61,486 nt of DNA, filler included, from 14 parts of 14 records of this genome joined end to end with filler, not necessarily neighbours in it; one strand, 5' to 3'. Shown: positions 23,920 through 36,085, counted from the first letter of the whole stretch. The notes: a model not told the origin generated them from the sequence alone. Translations and numbers: made by a program.

Positions 23920-24811
23920 ATGCAGCAGCAGCGTCTCGGTGCTGTTGTAGGGCTACTCGCTATACTGCTGCCGGTTGCAACAGCTCCGGCTGGAGACTGC
24001 ACCCCAGCTGACTGTAAGTCCCCACAGTGACCGCGTCAAGTTGTGTCCGCTTCCGGGTGAGCTCGACCGTGCGTGGTGCGTGTGCACAGACGGCGCCTTG
24101 AGCTTTCCGGAGAAATGCGAAGAACCCGGCCGTGAACTGGAGTGTCAGACGAGTGGATACACGCCGGGCAACTTCGACCTGCCGTCACAGACCTGTCCGA
24201 GTGCCTGCACATTCTCCCCCGCCGGCTACCCTGGTGCTGCGTCGATGCTGTGCATGAGCTGCATTGACGGGGCTGCAGATAGCAATGACGGGATCCAGCC
24301 CGGCGAGCTGATGGCTGCCGGCGGGTGCTTTCCGGCGGACGCTGTCTGGGGAACAAGGTGCACCAGTGCCGACAGAGACTTGGCTCAGGACGACGATCCG
24401 TTGACCCACCCTTCTGCTGCGTGTTGGATGTGCATGACGAAGGCGGCGCTGGATGGCCACGCAGACCGGCTCGTCCCGTGCATGAATAGGATGACACAGG
24501 GCGCTGAAGAGCGCGATCGCGTGGCGATATCGGCAGAGCAAGGGGTGAACCGCGACGCATATTGCGAGGACCGAGTTCGTACGGACGCGCTGGCAGAAGA
24601 AGGGATGACATACGAGCTGCGATGCAAGGATTCAGGCTGCTGCCACTGGGATTCAGAGGATAGGCCGCCCAAGTGTCGAGCTACAGAATCCGCCAGCATG
24701 GACGAGTGTCCCCTGCGGAGTGCTATCGACTTGAACGCGAAGGCGTCTTCTGCCGTAGTCACAGTGGTGAGGGCGCTTTTTGTCGTCGCAGCGCTCCTCG
24801 TTCTAGTATGA
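23920..24811 (+). CDS. Cys-rich secreted, probably GPI- or membrane-anchored protein; 1 intron
   Basis: Signal peptide MQQQRLGAVVGLLAILLPVATA. Intron gtaagt...gcacag (about 24014-24089) joins it to ORF 23975-24811. Many Cys residues; hydrophobic C-terminus VVTVVRALFVVAALLVLV. Confidence 0.7.
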
Positions 24812-24867
24812 ATGTGATGCATGGGGATACGTTCAAGATTTGTTCTGGTCTTGGCACCTTCGCAGGG

Positions 24868-27066
24868 TCAGAGTCTTGCGGGTATACCCACAACCTCTTC
24901 CTTTGATGCGTAGGCTTGTTTCATTGCCTGTCGCATCGCAAAGTCGCACATAATTTCCTCCGAGCCACCAAGTATTGCCTGCATCTTGAAGGAGCGTTGA
25001 AACTTCTCAATGACCGATCCCATGCCAGTGCGCGTCAGCGCCTACACCACCACACACAGCGCCATTGTGTGTAAGAGCACCTGTGAGAAAGGTTGCGGTA
25101 CAGCTTGGCATGCTCACCCGGCCACCGAATATCTGACAAGCATGGTCTGAGACCATAGTCGCCACACGCGTTTGCTTGTATTTGAGCAATGCAATCGGTC
25201 CTGCGAGACTGGCATTGATCTCACCCTCGCTCATTGTTACCATCTGGTGCGTCATGTCCTCCAGCATCGAGTGGACTGCCTCCACGTCTGCGATCATTTG
25301 GCCTAGCTTGAATCGGATTACCGGCTGTTGGATCAGAGGCTTGCTGAAGACGTTCCGCTGCATGCTCCACTTCATGCACTCTTCGACAATCATTCGAGAG
25401 TGCCGATTGCCTCCGACCACTGAGAAAGGTCACATGCGGAAGGCATCGGCAACATTCAAATGCAGCCATGTGACGGCAGGTCACGGCATGCTGGCTGTGG
25501 CTACACGCCTGCAAACTGGTCCAACGGGCTCTCGAAACGCACCCATTTGCCACCGCTCGATATTGAAATTCCCCATGGTCTGATAGAACCCCTGCCCGGG
25601 AGTGCCGACAAGATTTTCTGGCGGGACGATGACCTCATCCATAATGACATAGGCCGTGCCCGCTGCGGCAGAGTAGGAGACTTTGATGGGCTTCGTGTCG
25701 AGAGAAAAATCCTCAGAGGGGCGCTCGATGAGGAACATGCAGAAGCCATGCTCATCTGTCTTGCACAAGGTGGTGAAGTAATCTGCCATGCAGCCGCCGG
25801 TGATCCACTTCTTCACGCCCGTGACCTGCTCGAACAAATTTTTCGGAAAGAAGAATCAAAGCAAACTCCTCCAGGAGAGATGGGTCGTATTTCTTCTGTG
25901 GCAACGCACCCGCCAGTTCCCATCCTCGTGCATAGTTGCTTTGGTATGGATCGCATTCACGTCAGAGCCAGCATACGGCTCCGAAATAGCGAGGGCAAAC
26001 CGCTTGTCACCGAGAATGCACGGTTTTGCGAAATTTTCAACCAGATATTCGGAGCCATATTTGATGATTGGCACCACTCCGATCGATCTGATCACGACCA
26101 GGCAGCGTATTTTAGCAATGAAGAAGCTGCAAGCGATACATGTGGCATGCCCAGTCACAGTGGAGGCTGACTGCACTCACACGCCACCGATCATCCCATC
26201 TTTCAGGCCGTACCCGCCCCGACAGCCGCGGATGGCCTCTTCGCCACCGACAAGAGCGTGGAAGTAGTCGTATTCGTACAGATTGATGCCACCAGGCAGG
26301 GTCACACCCCACTTCTTGAGAAACTGAGCGCCACGGTCCTCCCCAGCGACCAGCGAAGCGACAATCCCAGCCTGGCCCAACTTCTTAAACAGTTCGGGCG
26401 AGCAGCGCTCGCCAGATTCGTCCCATTCTTCGGCAGATGGCGCCACCTCGCGATCATAGAAGTCACGAATAGCAGCACGAAAGTCATCATGCGACTGGGT
26501 GTAGTACAGTGACGACTTCCGCCAAAATCCGAGCGACTCGCCGTACGGAACTGGAATTTCCTCTGTGGCAGCGTGTTCCACGTTGCCAGCCTGCGCACCG
26601 GGGCTGCCCTCGAGCACACCGATCTTGAGCTTAGCGAACGTGGGTCGGTCGAGCACCTCAGCTCGGTGCAGCCCGAAGAACGTCTCGGTCGCATCGGTCC
26701 CTGCAACCTCGATCAGCGGGGGGATGCCACCCGGATGAAACAATGCGCCCTTCGGTGAACTGAAATCGTACACGTCTCCGTTCACCGCGACCCACAGGTC
26801 CTCGCGTGTGTTGTGCTGCGCAAGCTCCTCCAAGCTGTAGACCTGTGGCGGCGACACACCCCGCATTCAGTTCAGAGCGTACGCACAGCATCGGGCTCCC
26901 TATATCAATAGCGACGGTGTGCACAGCCTCGCATCCAGCATCCGGGGGCAGGCTTCGTTCTATCTCGCTATTCTGCATTCCGCTTCCGCGTACATCGCAG
27001 GCTAGATAAGCTCAGTGACAGTGGCATGTCAAATGAGTGGCGCACCTGTGGGGGCTCGCTCGCCAT
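24868..27066 (-). CDS. Cytochrome b5-fused acyl-CoA dehydrogenase with peroxisomal PTS1 (-ARL); 5 introns
   Basis: b5 domain (LAQHNTREDLWVAVNGDVYD...HPGG...FFGLH). ACAD motifs LAISEPYAGSDV, GVKKWITGG, NFNIERW, QRNVFSKPL, ACQIFGGRALTRTG, ILGGSEEI. The spliced C-terminus ends ...GIPARL-stop at 24868. Confidence 0.9.
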
Positions 27067-27298
27067 GATCTCGGCTGTCGATGGCACCATGTCACACTAG
27101 AGCATCGTACCTCCTTCTGCCCGAGCCCTGCGTGCCAGCCCTGCCTGCCTCGCTGCGCGACCACAGCGTTACTGGCCGACGTGATTTGGCGGTCTTTGNN
27201 NNNNNNNNNNNNNNNNNNNNNNNNNNNNNNNNNNNNNNNNNNTTAATTAATTAANNNNNNNNNNNNNNNNNNNNNNNNNNNNNNNNNNNNNNNNNNNN

Positions 27299-30200
27299 AC
27301 CAGCGCAGCCTGTGCTGCAGCCTGCTCTTGTTGAACCTGCTGCCGATTCAGCACTTCAGCTGCCGCTGCCCGAATAGAGCTCTCAGCGGGTTGCAGTGCA
27401 TCAGCCACCGCGGCCAGCCCGAGACGAGCCGCCTGCTGCCGCTGTAAAGCGATTTGCTCGACTTGATCTTCTAAAAGCTGCTGCTGCTGGACGAGCACTT
27501 TTGCTTCACCCCTCTGCTGCGCAAGCCGTAGGTCCAACAGATTGAATTCAGCAGACTGTAGCTGCTCTCGGACATCAGCATTTCGCGGGCGCACTCGCAC
27601 TTGCGACACAACATCTGCATTCCGATTCTCCTTCTCCTTCGGGTCGGAAGGCCACGCAGACGATGGATCGAGACCATGGCGGCGATATTCGGACATTGAA
27701 ATTTTGAAACCAGCGGGTGGCGAAGGTGGGACGATCGAAGCTTTGGAAATCGGTACCCCAGTCTCCAATTTTGACTTTCTGTTAGACACTTGTTCACAGG
27801 CTGCCCTCGGTGATGTAGGAACAGCCGGCACAGGTTTGCTCTGTTCCCACGCTTGCTGTGAGCTCCTCAGAAACACATGCTGCTGCACCTGTTCGTCCGG
27901 TGACCGACACGGGCTGGAGCCATTTGTCTCGTTGAACTTGACTTGGCTTCGTTGCGGAGATGACGGCGTTGGCCCTCGTACAGAACGGGGCTGCTGCGGA
28001 AGTTCGATCTGTTCCACATATGTCATTGGCTTGTGTGCACTGGGCAGCAATGAGCCTATCTGGTCTTCCCTGACGTTGCCGCCCTCCATCCTCGAGGTCT
28101 GGCCCGAAACTGCTTCATGGTGCTCGGATCCTACAGCCGGTCTGGAAGCGACCAATTCTGGAGACATGACCTCCTGGACAGGCACAAGCTGTTGCGTCGG
28201 CTCGGCAGGCTGGCCACCGCATGCTGGTGTGACCGGCGTCATCGCTGGGAGTATCGGTGACAGAACCTCTCCCTCACGTGGGTGTGATGAAGAAGCTGCA
28301 AGTGGTGCCAAATGTGGCGCACTGATGTCCTGACCACTGTCACCGCTGGCACCACTGATTGGAAACGCCGGCGTGGGAGGTGGAGCTTCGGCGGCCGTGG
28401 CACTAATGTTCGAACCATACGAAAGTCCACTGGGGCTGGCAGTAGACTCACCAGACTGCGACCCCGCACTCAGGATCGTAGCCAGTCTACCAGAGACCGT
28501 ATGTTCTGAGAATGATTCGATACCTGACATTTGTAAAGGCTCCTGCCGCGCCTGTTGCCAAGCAGCAGACACTATGGCGTCTGCCTTTGCATCCGCAGCG
28601 TCAGTTAAGACACCCGTATCTTTGGCAGCTTTACGCAGCCGACGATCATTTATCCACACAGTGCTGTTGTTCTTGCTATTGTTCTCTGCCAACCACTTTG
28701 TCTCCTCCAATCGGTCATCTTCAGCCCAGGAGAGCGATCGTGCCGGGCCTCGCGCCGCGCTTGTGGCACCGCGACCTCCGCGCATGCCACCACGACCGGC
28801 CGGACTTGCGCGGGATCTCCAGAAGGTCGATGAGTTTCGCGGGGGGGATTTGGAGTGATCGAAAGATGGAGAGCCGCGGGTACGAGTGTTCAAACTGATT
28901 GGATCCGGTTCTACCTCAGGCACAGCCTGGCGCGCACTAGAAGGGTAGACTGTGGATTCGTCTCCACTGGACCGTTCCGAGTCATCATCTGCACGATCTG
29001 ACTCAGTGTCCTCGTCCTCGTCCTCGCTGAACTGGCTGCTGGCAGCGGACGAAGTTGCAGCAACTGCTTGGGTGGGTAGCTGCGGACGCTTGGATGGAGA
29101 TTCTGTAGCACCGTGGTCATTTTGCGCAGTTTCAAAGCCGAAGGAGCCATCTAAACTTACATCCGGAACGAACAGCCGGTCAGAACTTCGGTGCGATCCA
29201 TGTCCCACCGCTGAGACCACGGGTGCTTCGCGATGAATCAAGTTTGTCATGCCTGCGTCGACGCTACGACTAGGTATCCTGTGCTCTGGCTCTGAAATCA
29301 CAGGCCTCGATGTGGCCTCGGGTTCGGTGCTGGTCTCCGAGTCCGACTCGGTGTCAGAGTCAGAGCTCAGTAAAGGTGCTCGCTTCAGCTTCCTGTCAGC
29401 AGATGTTGGCCTCGATCCGTACGGCGGCAAATTTTGAGCATCGAGCATTCCCGCTGGTTCTGGCACAGACTGCGACGTACGTGGCTGTAGCGGCCGTCTG
29501 TGAAACAGCTCCAGTTCCGACTGTGACTGCTGATCTCGCTCTGGTACCACCTCTGGTTCTGGCTCCGGTTCCATCAATCCCCTCCGCTCCTGGTGTTCCT
29601 GGGTGAGTTGGCCTGCGGAATCCACAGCAGGTCTTGCTAACAAAGCGCGCGCGTCCCTAGCCGCGAGCACCGCATCTTCTGCGGAAGCTCCCACTGGCAC
29701 ACGCACACCAACTTCTGCGCGCACTTTTTTGACCTCTGCGGTGGTGGTTCTCGTTGCGACGGAGCCAGCAATGTGGTCCGACGTTCGGCCACTGCCCGAT
29801 GGCTCTGCTTCGCCACTTTCCTGCCCAGTTGCAACGGGACTGTCCGGCGACGTTGGCTTGTCAAGAGACTCATTCTCCGGGACATTTGTGGCTGGGGCTT
29901 CGGCGGCACGTGACCCATTGGACAGCTTTCTTGGCTGTTCAGCGTTTACGCGCGGAGTGCGAGTTGCAAACAGCCAGCTCGCATCGGAATCACTGTCAGA
30001 GGTCTCATTGAGGTTCGTTGGGTGCCGCCGCGCGGAGCTTGCTTCGTGGTTCTCGGCAGTTGGTTTGGCGGTTGGGCTATCGCCTTCTGTAGTCAGTCTA
30101 TCATCCTCCGCTGCTGGGTTGTTACTAGTCTTCGCCTTTGAAACCGGAGCTTTGTTCAAGCGCTTCATCGTCTGCATCAGGCGTCGCAGCTCACCGCGTG

Positions 30201-30498
30201 GAGTGGGCGTCACTGCCGGTGGTGTGGGCTCTTCCCCGGGGCTAAACTCAACCTCGCCCATCCCACGCAGGTCCACAGCTTGCGCCCCTGTCGGTGCCAC
30301 TGCCGCTGCCGCCTCAGACGCTGCCAGCGATTTCGGCGCTGCTGCTGACTTATTCGCTCGTCCCACCAATGCACCAGCCTCAGTATCGGAGGCGGAGTCA
30401 TCGTCATCCGAGTCTGAGAGCATCCTGCCGTTCCCGTTCCCGTGCAACCGCATCAGCCGGCGGCTCACTTCCTCCCGCCTCTGTCGCGCGCCAGCCAT
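27299..30498 (-). CDS. Large low-complexity/disordered protein with Gln-rich coiled coil; 3'-partial
   Basis: Intronless ORF of more than 1000 codons, Ser/Pro/Glu rich, with an EPEPEPE tract. No recognisable folded domain. Confidence 0.65.
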
Positions 30499-30539
30499 CG
30501 CCGATGCCCACGGTTGTGTACGGCACAGTACGCTGCAGG

Positions 30540-30569
30540 GCACCCACACCCACACTCACACCCACACCC
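30540..30569. repeat. (CACACC)n simple repeat at contig end
   Basis: cacccacacccacactcacacccacaccc directly before the linker. Confidence 0.8.
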
Positions 30570-30909
30570 NNNNNNNNNNNNNNNNNNNNNNNNNNNNNNN
30601 NNNNNNNNNNNNNTTAATTAATTAANNNNNNNNNNNNNNNNNNNNNNNNNNNNNNNNNNNNNNNNNNNNTTCTCAAATCATGATTGTATTGCGGTTCCGC
30701 CCCGTTTTGCACCTTCTGCCACTCCCTGCCGTAGAGTGGACTGGGCGGTGCTGCTGTACTGGGAAGACATGGCAGTGTGCTGAGGGTCGCCCTGGCATCA
30801 TTGCTCGCATTGCGTTTCGTCAGCGATGCACGCGCTGTTGGTGGCCCTGGTCGATAAGGACACTGAGGAATCGAGCTGGAGCCCTTTGATCTGACAGGAA
30901 CAGTTGGGG

Positions 30910-32544
30910 ATGGCAGCGAAGGGAGTGGTGCTGTCCGGGCGCCGAGCAGGGACGCAGCGGGACGGCGGCGAGCCGGCGGTTGATCCCGTGGAGCTGCCGT
31001 CGAGCGAGAGCCGGTGGCCTCGAGTGGAGCGGCAGCCATTCCGCTCCCCGGGGTTTACAGAGGGCTGGGCTGCGAGGTACGTCGAGAAAGATGTGTACAA
31101 CTCGCCGAGGCTGCCAGTCGATACGGCCGAGGAGATGGCAGCAAGGCGGAAAGAGCGTATAGCGAGCAGCGCCGCGGCCGCTCAAATGCTCGGCCCGCTT
31201 CAGCGCGGTGCACCCGAGCCGCCGGAATACCCGCTCACTGGCAGAAGAAGAGGCCGCGCGCCCCGCATGGCCGATGGTGGACAGCCGCAAGTTGCTGCAG
31301 CCCGAGAAAAGGCTGAGCTGCGCACAGTCGTGAAAGAGACCGCAGCGCTGTCGAGGAGGTATGCCGCTAAGGCGCAGGACGCGATGGAGCACTGGTCACG
31401 CATCAGAGACAACCTTGATCCAAGTGATCAGTCTGATAGAGACGTGCTCAAGTGGCAGAAAGCTGGTGTCCACGCGGGCAAGAATATGCTTCAGCTCCTC
31501 ACAGATTCGTTGGCGATGCGTCGCGCCAGCCTCGGTGAGCACCACCCTGCCACAAGGCGAGCGCGGGACAAGCTGGACTCCTACATGTCTCTGTCGCTGG
31601 AGCAGCGGGAGCAAGCTGAGAAGGACGCCCGAGAACGGCGCAGGCAGAAGAAGATCGATAAAGGCTTCACCGAAGGTCGAGTGGGTATGGCGTACGAGCT
31701 GACTGCGGAAGAAAAGGAGGCGCGCTCACATTCTGCCATTCTCAGCACGCTGAGGCAGGTGATCAAAGCAAAGCGGACGCTGGGTGGCGAGAAAATTACC
31801 AGCGTGAGAAAGCTTTTCCATCTCATCGACACTGATGACTCGATGACTGTGGATATGATTGAGTTTACGGTAGCCCTAACCAGACTAGGCCTGGGGCTCA
31901 GCGAGGATGCCGTCCGACGACTTGGAAAAGCACTGGATACAGATGGTGGTGGTACGATTGATTTCGAAGAGTTCGAACTATGGATGAAGACAGGCGAGGT
32001 TCCGAGAGCTGGTGAGTACAACCAAACAGCTTTCAGCGGCAAGCGGCGGGAGAAAGGTGGTGAGCACGGGCAAGGGGTTGCAGACAGTGCCATTGAAGCA
32101 GTGGCTGAGTTCCAGGCGGAGGAGGAGCGCAGACGGAAACAGGAGAGAGTCGAGCAAGAACGCACAGCAAAGGAGGACAAGCGCAAGGCGTTGCTGCAGA
32201 ACGAGGCGCGCAAGCGGCTCTTGGTTCAGCCGTATGCTGAGGTGCTGACAAGTTGGCTGCGCGATGAGGTAAACTCTGGTGGCTACGCATCGACTCCTCG
32301 CATGATCAACCAGATGTTATCAGCTGCGACTGCGCGCTCTAAATGCGATCACGGCGCGAGAGCTGACGAACAGAAGCGGGACGGACGCCAGAGCCTGCGT
32401 CGACGTAATGAGCCACGCAAGACGAATGATGAAGATAGGCTCGGCATTTGCAGCGATGTAGTCATAGAAGGAGCGCTACTACAGATGGTGCTGCAAGGTG
32501 CTAATACCGAGGCTCTCTCCGCAACGAACACTCCAGGCGACTGA
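30910..32544 (+). CDS. EF-hand calcium-binding protein with TPR-like segment and coiled coil
   Basis: EF-hand pair DTDDSMTVDMIEF and DTDGGGTIDFEEF. Kinesin-light-chain-type TPR-like motif SLAMRRASLGEHHPAT. Confidence 0.75.
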   Translation: MAAKGVVLSGRRAGTQRDGGEPAVDPVELPSSESRWPRVERQPFRSPGFTEGWAARYVEKDVYNSPRLPVDTAEEMAARRKERIASSAAAAQMLGPLQRGAPEPPEYPLTGRRRGRAPRMADGGQPQVAAAREKAELRTVVKETAALSRRYAAKAQDAMEHWSRIRDNLDPSDQSDRDVLKWQKAGVHAGKNMLQLLTDSLAMRRASLGEHHPATRRARDKLDSYMSLSLEQREQAEKDARERRRQKKIDKGFTEGRVGMAYELTAEEKEARSHSAILSTLRQVIKAKRTLGGEKITSVRKLFHLIDTDDSMTVDMIEFTVALTRLGLGLSEDAVRRLGKALDTDGGGTIDFEEFELWMKTGEVPRAGEYNQTAFSGKRREKGGEHGQGVADSAIEAVAEFQAEEERRRKQERVEQERTAKEDKRKALLQNEARKRLLVQPYAEVLTSWLRDEVNSGGYASTPRMINQMLSAATARSKCDHGARADEQKRDGRQSLRRRNEPRKTNDEDRLGICSDVVIEGALLQMVLQGANTEALSATNTPGD

Positions 32545-32839
32545 AAAACAGCATGCTGATACAAGCGGGAAAACTGCCGCTGCTGACACTAGACTGCCCT
32601 CTTATCACAGTTCAAGTGATTGATTGACATAGTTTTAGATGTGATAATTAGGGGAGCAGGGGACCAGAAGGTGTTTCTAAGGACTGCTTTATTAACCGAT
32701 ACTAGTAGAATAGAACAATGCAATTTCTATCTCTATTGACTCGTGATGCGATGACAGTGACACCAGACCAGTGCACAGCATCCAAGTCAAGGAGTACACA
32801 ATATCATTTCAAGACTCGTTGTTTGCCATCTGCATCTAG

Positions 32840-35665
32840 TTAGTGAGACAATTCTTGGTCCGTGCCTACTGCATTCGGACGTGGCGGCAGGCCTAGCTCT
32901 GAGAACGGCAGACCTAGCCGTTCTCGCAGCAACCTCCGCGCCTCAATTGCATCCACCTGTGCATTATCCACAGATGCAAGCTTTGGAGGCAGCGGCCTGC
33001 TGGCGCCTGCGGATGCAGCTGCGGCTAATCGCCGTGCAACGATCGTGCCAGCATTTTCCTGCTGGTTGCTCAACTGCAAAGCTTCGGCTTGCGCCTTCTG
33101 GTGCTCCACTTCTCTGTCACGAAGAGCTTGTTGGACCTGCTCTTGCACGCTATCCAGCACCTTTTGTGTCTCTTTTGCTTGTGCCTGTAGTTGCTCTCGC
33201 AGCAAGCTGCATTCAGTTTGATAGTGATCTTCTCGTGCTTGCATTGACGCCGTCGCAAGTTCCATTTCATGGTTAGTACGCTCTCGCTCCCTTTGAAGCT
33301 CACAGCGGGACGACGCCTCAAGAGCAAGGCTTTCGTCTTCTTTTTCGCGGAGCTTTGCCACAAGACCTTGCATTTCAATCTTGAGCTCGTGATCTTTCGC
33401 AATCAAGGCTGCCTGCGTTTGCCGGATCTGTAGTTGACTCTGTGCTCTTGCCTCTTCAAGTGATGCCTCCGTCAATTGAACATCTGCCAGTCTTGCGCCC
33501 ATCTCTTCTACTGTTTGCAGATGCTCCGCCTGCATCTCTGCCTGCTTAGCTTCGGCGGCCTCCGCCCAAGAAGCTTCTTGCTGCTGGTGTTCTGCCTCGA
33601 GCCCCTTGACCAGGTCCGATTCAGACTTTCTTAAGAGCTCGACTACTTTGCGCTCCGCTGCGAGCTCGGCACCGGCCGTGTGTAATTGCGCCAAGACAAC
33701 CTCACGCTGCTCCATCAACTCGATACGCTCCGCTTCCCATTTTGTCTGTAAGTCCCGAAGTTCAGCACCGTGTGCGGCATCCTTGGAAAGCAAAGACACC
33801 CGCATTTTTCGCTCCATTTCATGTGTGAGCAGACCGGCCTCCTGGTTCACTGCAGATAGACTTTTCTCCCGCAGCAGCTCCTCCTCTTTTGAGCGTAGGT
33901 GTTCTTGCAACTGCTGAAACATCAAGCGGTCTTGCACCATGTCACCGGAAAGCTCCAGGAATGGTCGGGCACGTGGAGACAGCTGCTGCTCGTCAGTAGT
34001 GGCTTCAACAGAAGCAGCAGCAGCAGCGGCAACAGCCTCCAGCTTCGCTTCGAGCTCTGCCTTCTCTTCCGCAAGAAGTTGCACTTGCTCGCGGACACGT
34101 TGAGTCTCCTGTTCGGTGCTATGCAATTGCTCGCGGACACGTTGAGTCTCCTGCTCGGCGCTACTCAGTTTGTCTTGCGCTAGCACCGCACTTTGCTTCA
34201 ACTTCTGAATCTCCACAGTCTGTGCGCTTGAGGTTTCCTGAGAGATGCCCAGTGCCTTCTGTAAGCGAATCATCTCTTCCTCGATTTCCTCGTCGTAATG
34301 CTGCTGCTGTGGCTGTTCTTCTCGTCTCGTAGACAAGCCCAGGGGCACTGACAGTGACCTATCTGGTACCTCATTCGAGACTGAGCTTGTAGGGCTGTTA
34401 GCCTCTACGGTCTCAATTACGGCCTCCGCATCTGGTGGAGTTTCGTGCCACTGAGCTTCGTGCTGCAGGTTGGGGTGAGTGTCAACCATTGGCGCGGGCG
34501 TACGCGGCGCAAGTGGTAGCCGAAATGACAGGGTCACTGGACGATTTCCCTTCTTCAAGATTTGTAGTACATCAGCATACGGCATCCCGTTAACAGCTAT
34601 GGTTTCGCCCAACGAGGATATTGCGACAAGCTCTGCACCTATGTCCACCTGAGTGACAACAGCAGCCTGACTACCTGGTCGTATGGATACGACCAGTATA
34701 GAGCCTGTGTCGCCACTAAACGAGAAGCCAAGTGGGCCTGGTTCGTCAAAGGTGGCATCAACCAACTGTTGACCACTCTGCTGCTCAGACTGCTGAAGGT
34801 CCTGCACTCGCGGCGACGGTGGGTCTTGCCTACTGCTCTCCGCGCCCCCAACGCCCGCCCCTCTTCCTCTGCCACCTGCCCCTTCCGCCGAAGCTCCAGC
34901 GCTGTCTTCACTGTGACCCACAGCAGCCTCAGAGCGCTTCTTGTCTCGCGCCTCAGCCTCGGCCACGCATTGAGCAGTCGCAGACACCGCCTGCGTTAAG
35001 TCCATGCGCTCAAGCTCAGACACAAGTGCCAAGTCTTGAGTGCCCTGCAACGCACACCAGCCCGCCTGAAATGCCTCGTGGTTCTGCTGAAGGCCATCCT
35101 CGGCGGACCACGACACAAACTCGTCGTACTCGATCGCGCCGCTGCCATCTTTGTCGATGGCGGCAAACTGGCCGTCCACCACCTGCATCTGCATCAGCAT
35201 CATCAGCTTTTCGAACTCCGACTCGTCGATCGACCCGGAACTGTCCTCGTCGAGCTCATTAAATAACGTGCGACTGTCCTTCAGAGCCGTGGCGATACGC
35301 ACGTCCATTGCCGGGAGCTTCTTCAGCAGCCCGGCCTTCTGTTTTGCGCTCGCCCCCGGATCCCCCGTCACATCAGCTACCTTTGACGCAGCTGCAAGGT
35401 ACATCAGCACTGCCTCCTGCTTGCGTCCCTTCTTGTCGGACGCAATCGCCTCCTTCAGCAACCCCACAGCTACTTTGAAAGTTGTGTCACCTTGCTTCGA
35501 AGTGAGCACATTCTGCACCGCCTTGACAGCCTCAGCCATAGAGTCGGTCAGCTTCGGCTCCATGGGGGACATCATGCTAGAGAACAGCAAGTCTGCTGCA
35601 CCACCTGCCTCGGGACCAGGGGCGGCAACACGCTCTTGCTCCGGCTCCGGCTCTGGCTCCGGCTC
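32840..35665 (-). CDS. MIT + EF-hand pair + PDZ + long coiled-coil protein; 5'-partial
   Basis: MIT-like AVGLLKEAIASDKKGRKQEAVLMYLAA. EF-hands DEDSSGSIDESEF and DKDGSGAIEYDEF. PDZ GPLGFSF...IRPGSQAA...GAELVAI...RPVTLSF. Frame is open to the contig edge through an EPEPEPEP tract. Confidence 0.8.
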   Translation of the reverse strand, partial: EPEPEPEPEQERVAAPGPEAGGAADLLFSSMMSPMEPKLTDSMAEAVKAVQNVLTSKQGDTTFKVAVGLLKEAIASDKKGRKQEAVLMYLAAASKVADVTGDPGASAKQKAGLLKKLPAMDVRIATALKDSRTLFNELDEDSSGSIDESEFEKLMMLMQMQVVDGQFAAIDKDGSGAIEYDEFVSWSAEDGLQQNHEAFQAGWCALQGTQDLALVSELERMDLTQAVSATAQCVAEAEARDKKRSEAAVGHSEDSAGASAEGAGGRGRGAGVGGAESSRQDPPSPRVQDLQQSEQQSGQQLVDATFDEPGPLGFSFSGDTGSILVVSIRPGSQAAVVTQVDIGAELVAISSLGETIAVNGMPYADVLQILKKGNRPVTLSFRLPLAPRTPAPMVDTHPNLQHEAQWHETPPDAEAVIETVEANSPTSSVSNEVPDRSLSVPLGLSTRREEQPQQQHYDEEIEEEMIRLQKALGISQETSSAQTVEIQKLKQSAVLAQDKLSSAEQETQRVREQLHSTEQETQRVREQVQLLAEEKAELEAKLEAVAAAAAASVEATTDEQQLSPRARPFLELSGDMVQDRLMFQQLQEHLRSKEEELLREKSLSAVNQEAGLLTHEMERKMRVSLLSKDAAHGAELRDLQTKWEAERIELMEQREVVLAQLHTAGAELAAERKVVELLRKSESDLVKGLEAEHQQQEASWAEAAEAKQAEMQAEHLQTVEEMGARLADVQLTEASLEEARAQSQLQIRQTQAALIAKDHELKIEMQGLVAKLREKEDESLALEASSRCELQRERERTNHEMELATASMQAREDHYQTECSLLREQLQAQAKETQKVLDSVQEQVQQALRDREVEHQKAQAEALQLSNQQENAGTIVARRLAAAASAGASRPLPPKLASVDNAQVDAIEARRLLRERLGLPFSELGLPPRPNAVGTDQELSH
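34085..34163. repeat. 42-nt in-frame tandem duplication within coiled coil
   Basis: ttgctcgcggacacgttgagtctcctg(t/c)tcgg(t/c)gcta at 34085 and 34127, encoding S(A/T)EQETQRVREQ twice. Confidence 0.85.
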
Positions 35666-36085
35666 NNNNNNNNNNNNNNNNNNNNNNNNNNNNNNNNNNN
35701 NNNNNNNNNTTAATTAATTAANNNNNNNNNNNNNNNNNNNNNNNNNNNNNNNNNNNNNNNNNNNNGGACTTGTGATTAATGCACATGATTCACTGCAGCA
35801 CTGTCGCGACAGGCCCGCGGGTCCGTCATCACAGGCGAACGTGCTCACGTAAGAACGTCCGCGTGTTCTACTAGTACTATAATAGTACATGAACATGTAC
35901 GTGTAGCTACAAGTACAACCGCTGTAGCGATCCTCTAGCTAGAGTAGAGTACCAGGTACCATTCATGATTCCGGATAGGGATTCATTTATATATATGGAA
36001 TATATACTGTATAATTTTCGAGAGAGCGGTTTGGGGCGGTTTTCGGTGGCGCTGGCAGAGCGAGGCCCTCCCCGCCCCGGCAGCG

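Noticed and set aside
29603..30625. Long antisense ORFs (29603-30625 +, 48966-49874 -, 27542-28333 + and similar)
   Set aside because: Shadow frames of GC-rich genuine genes on the opposite strand, with no domain signal.
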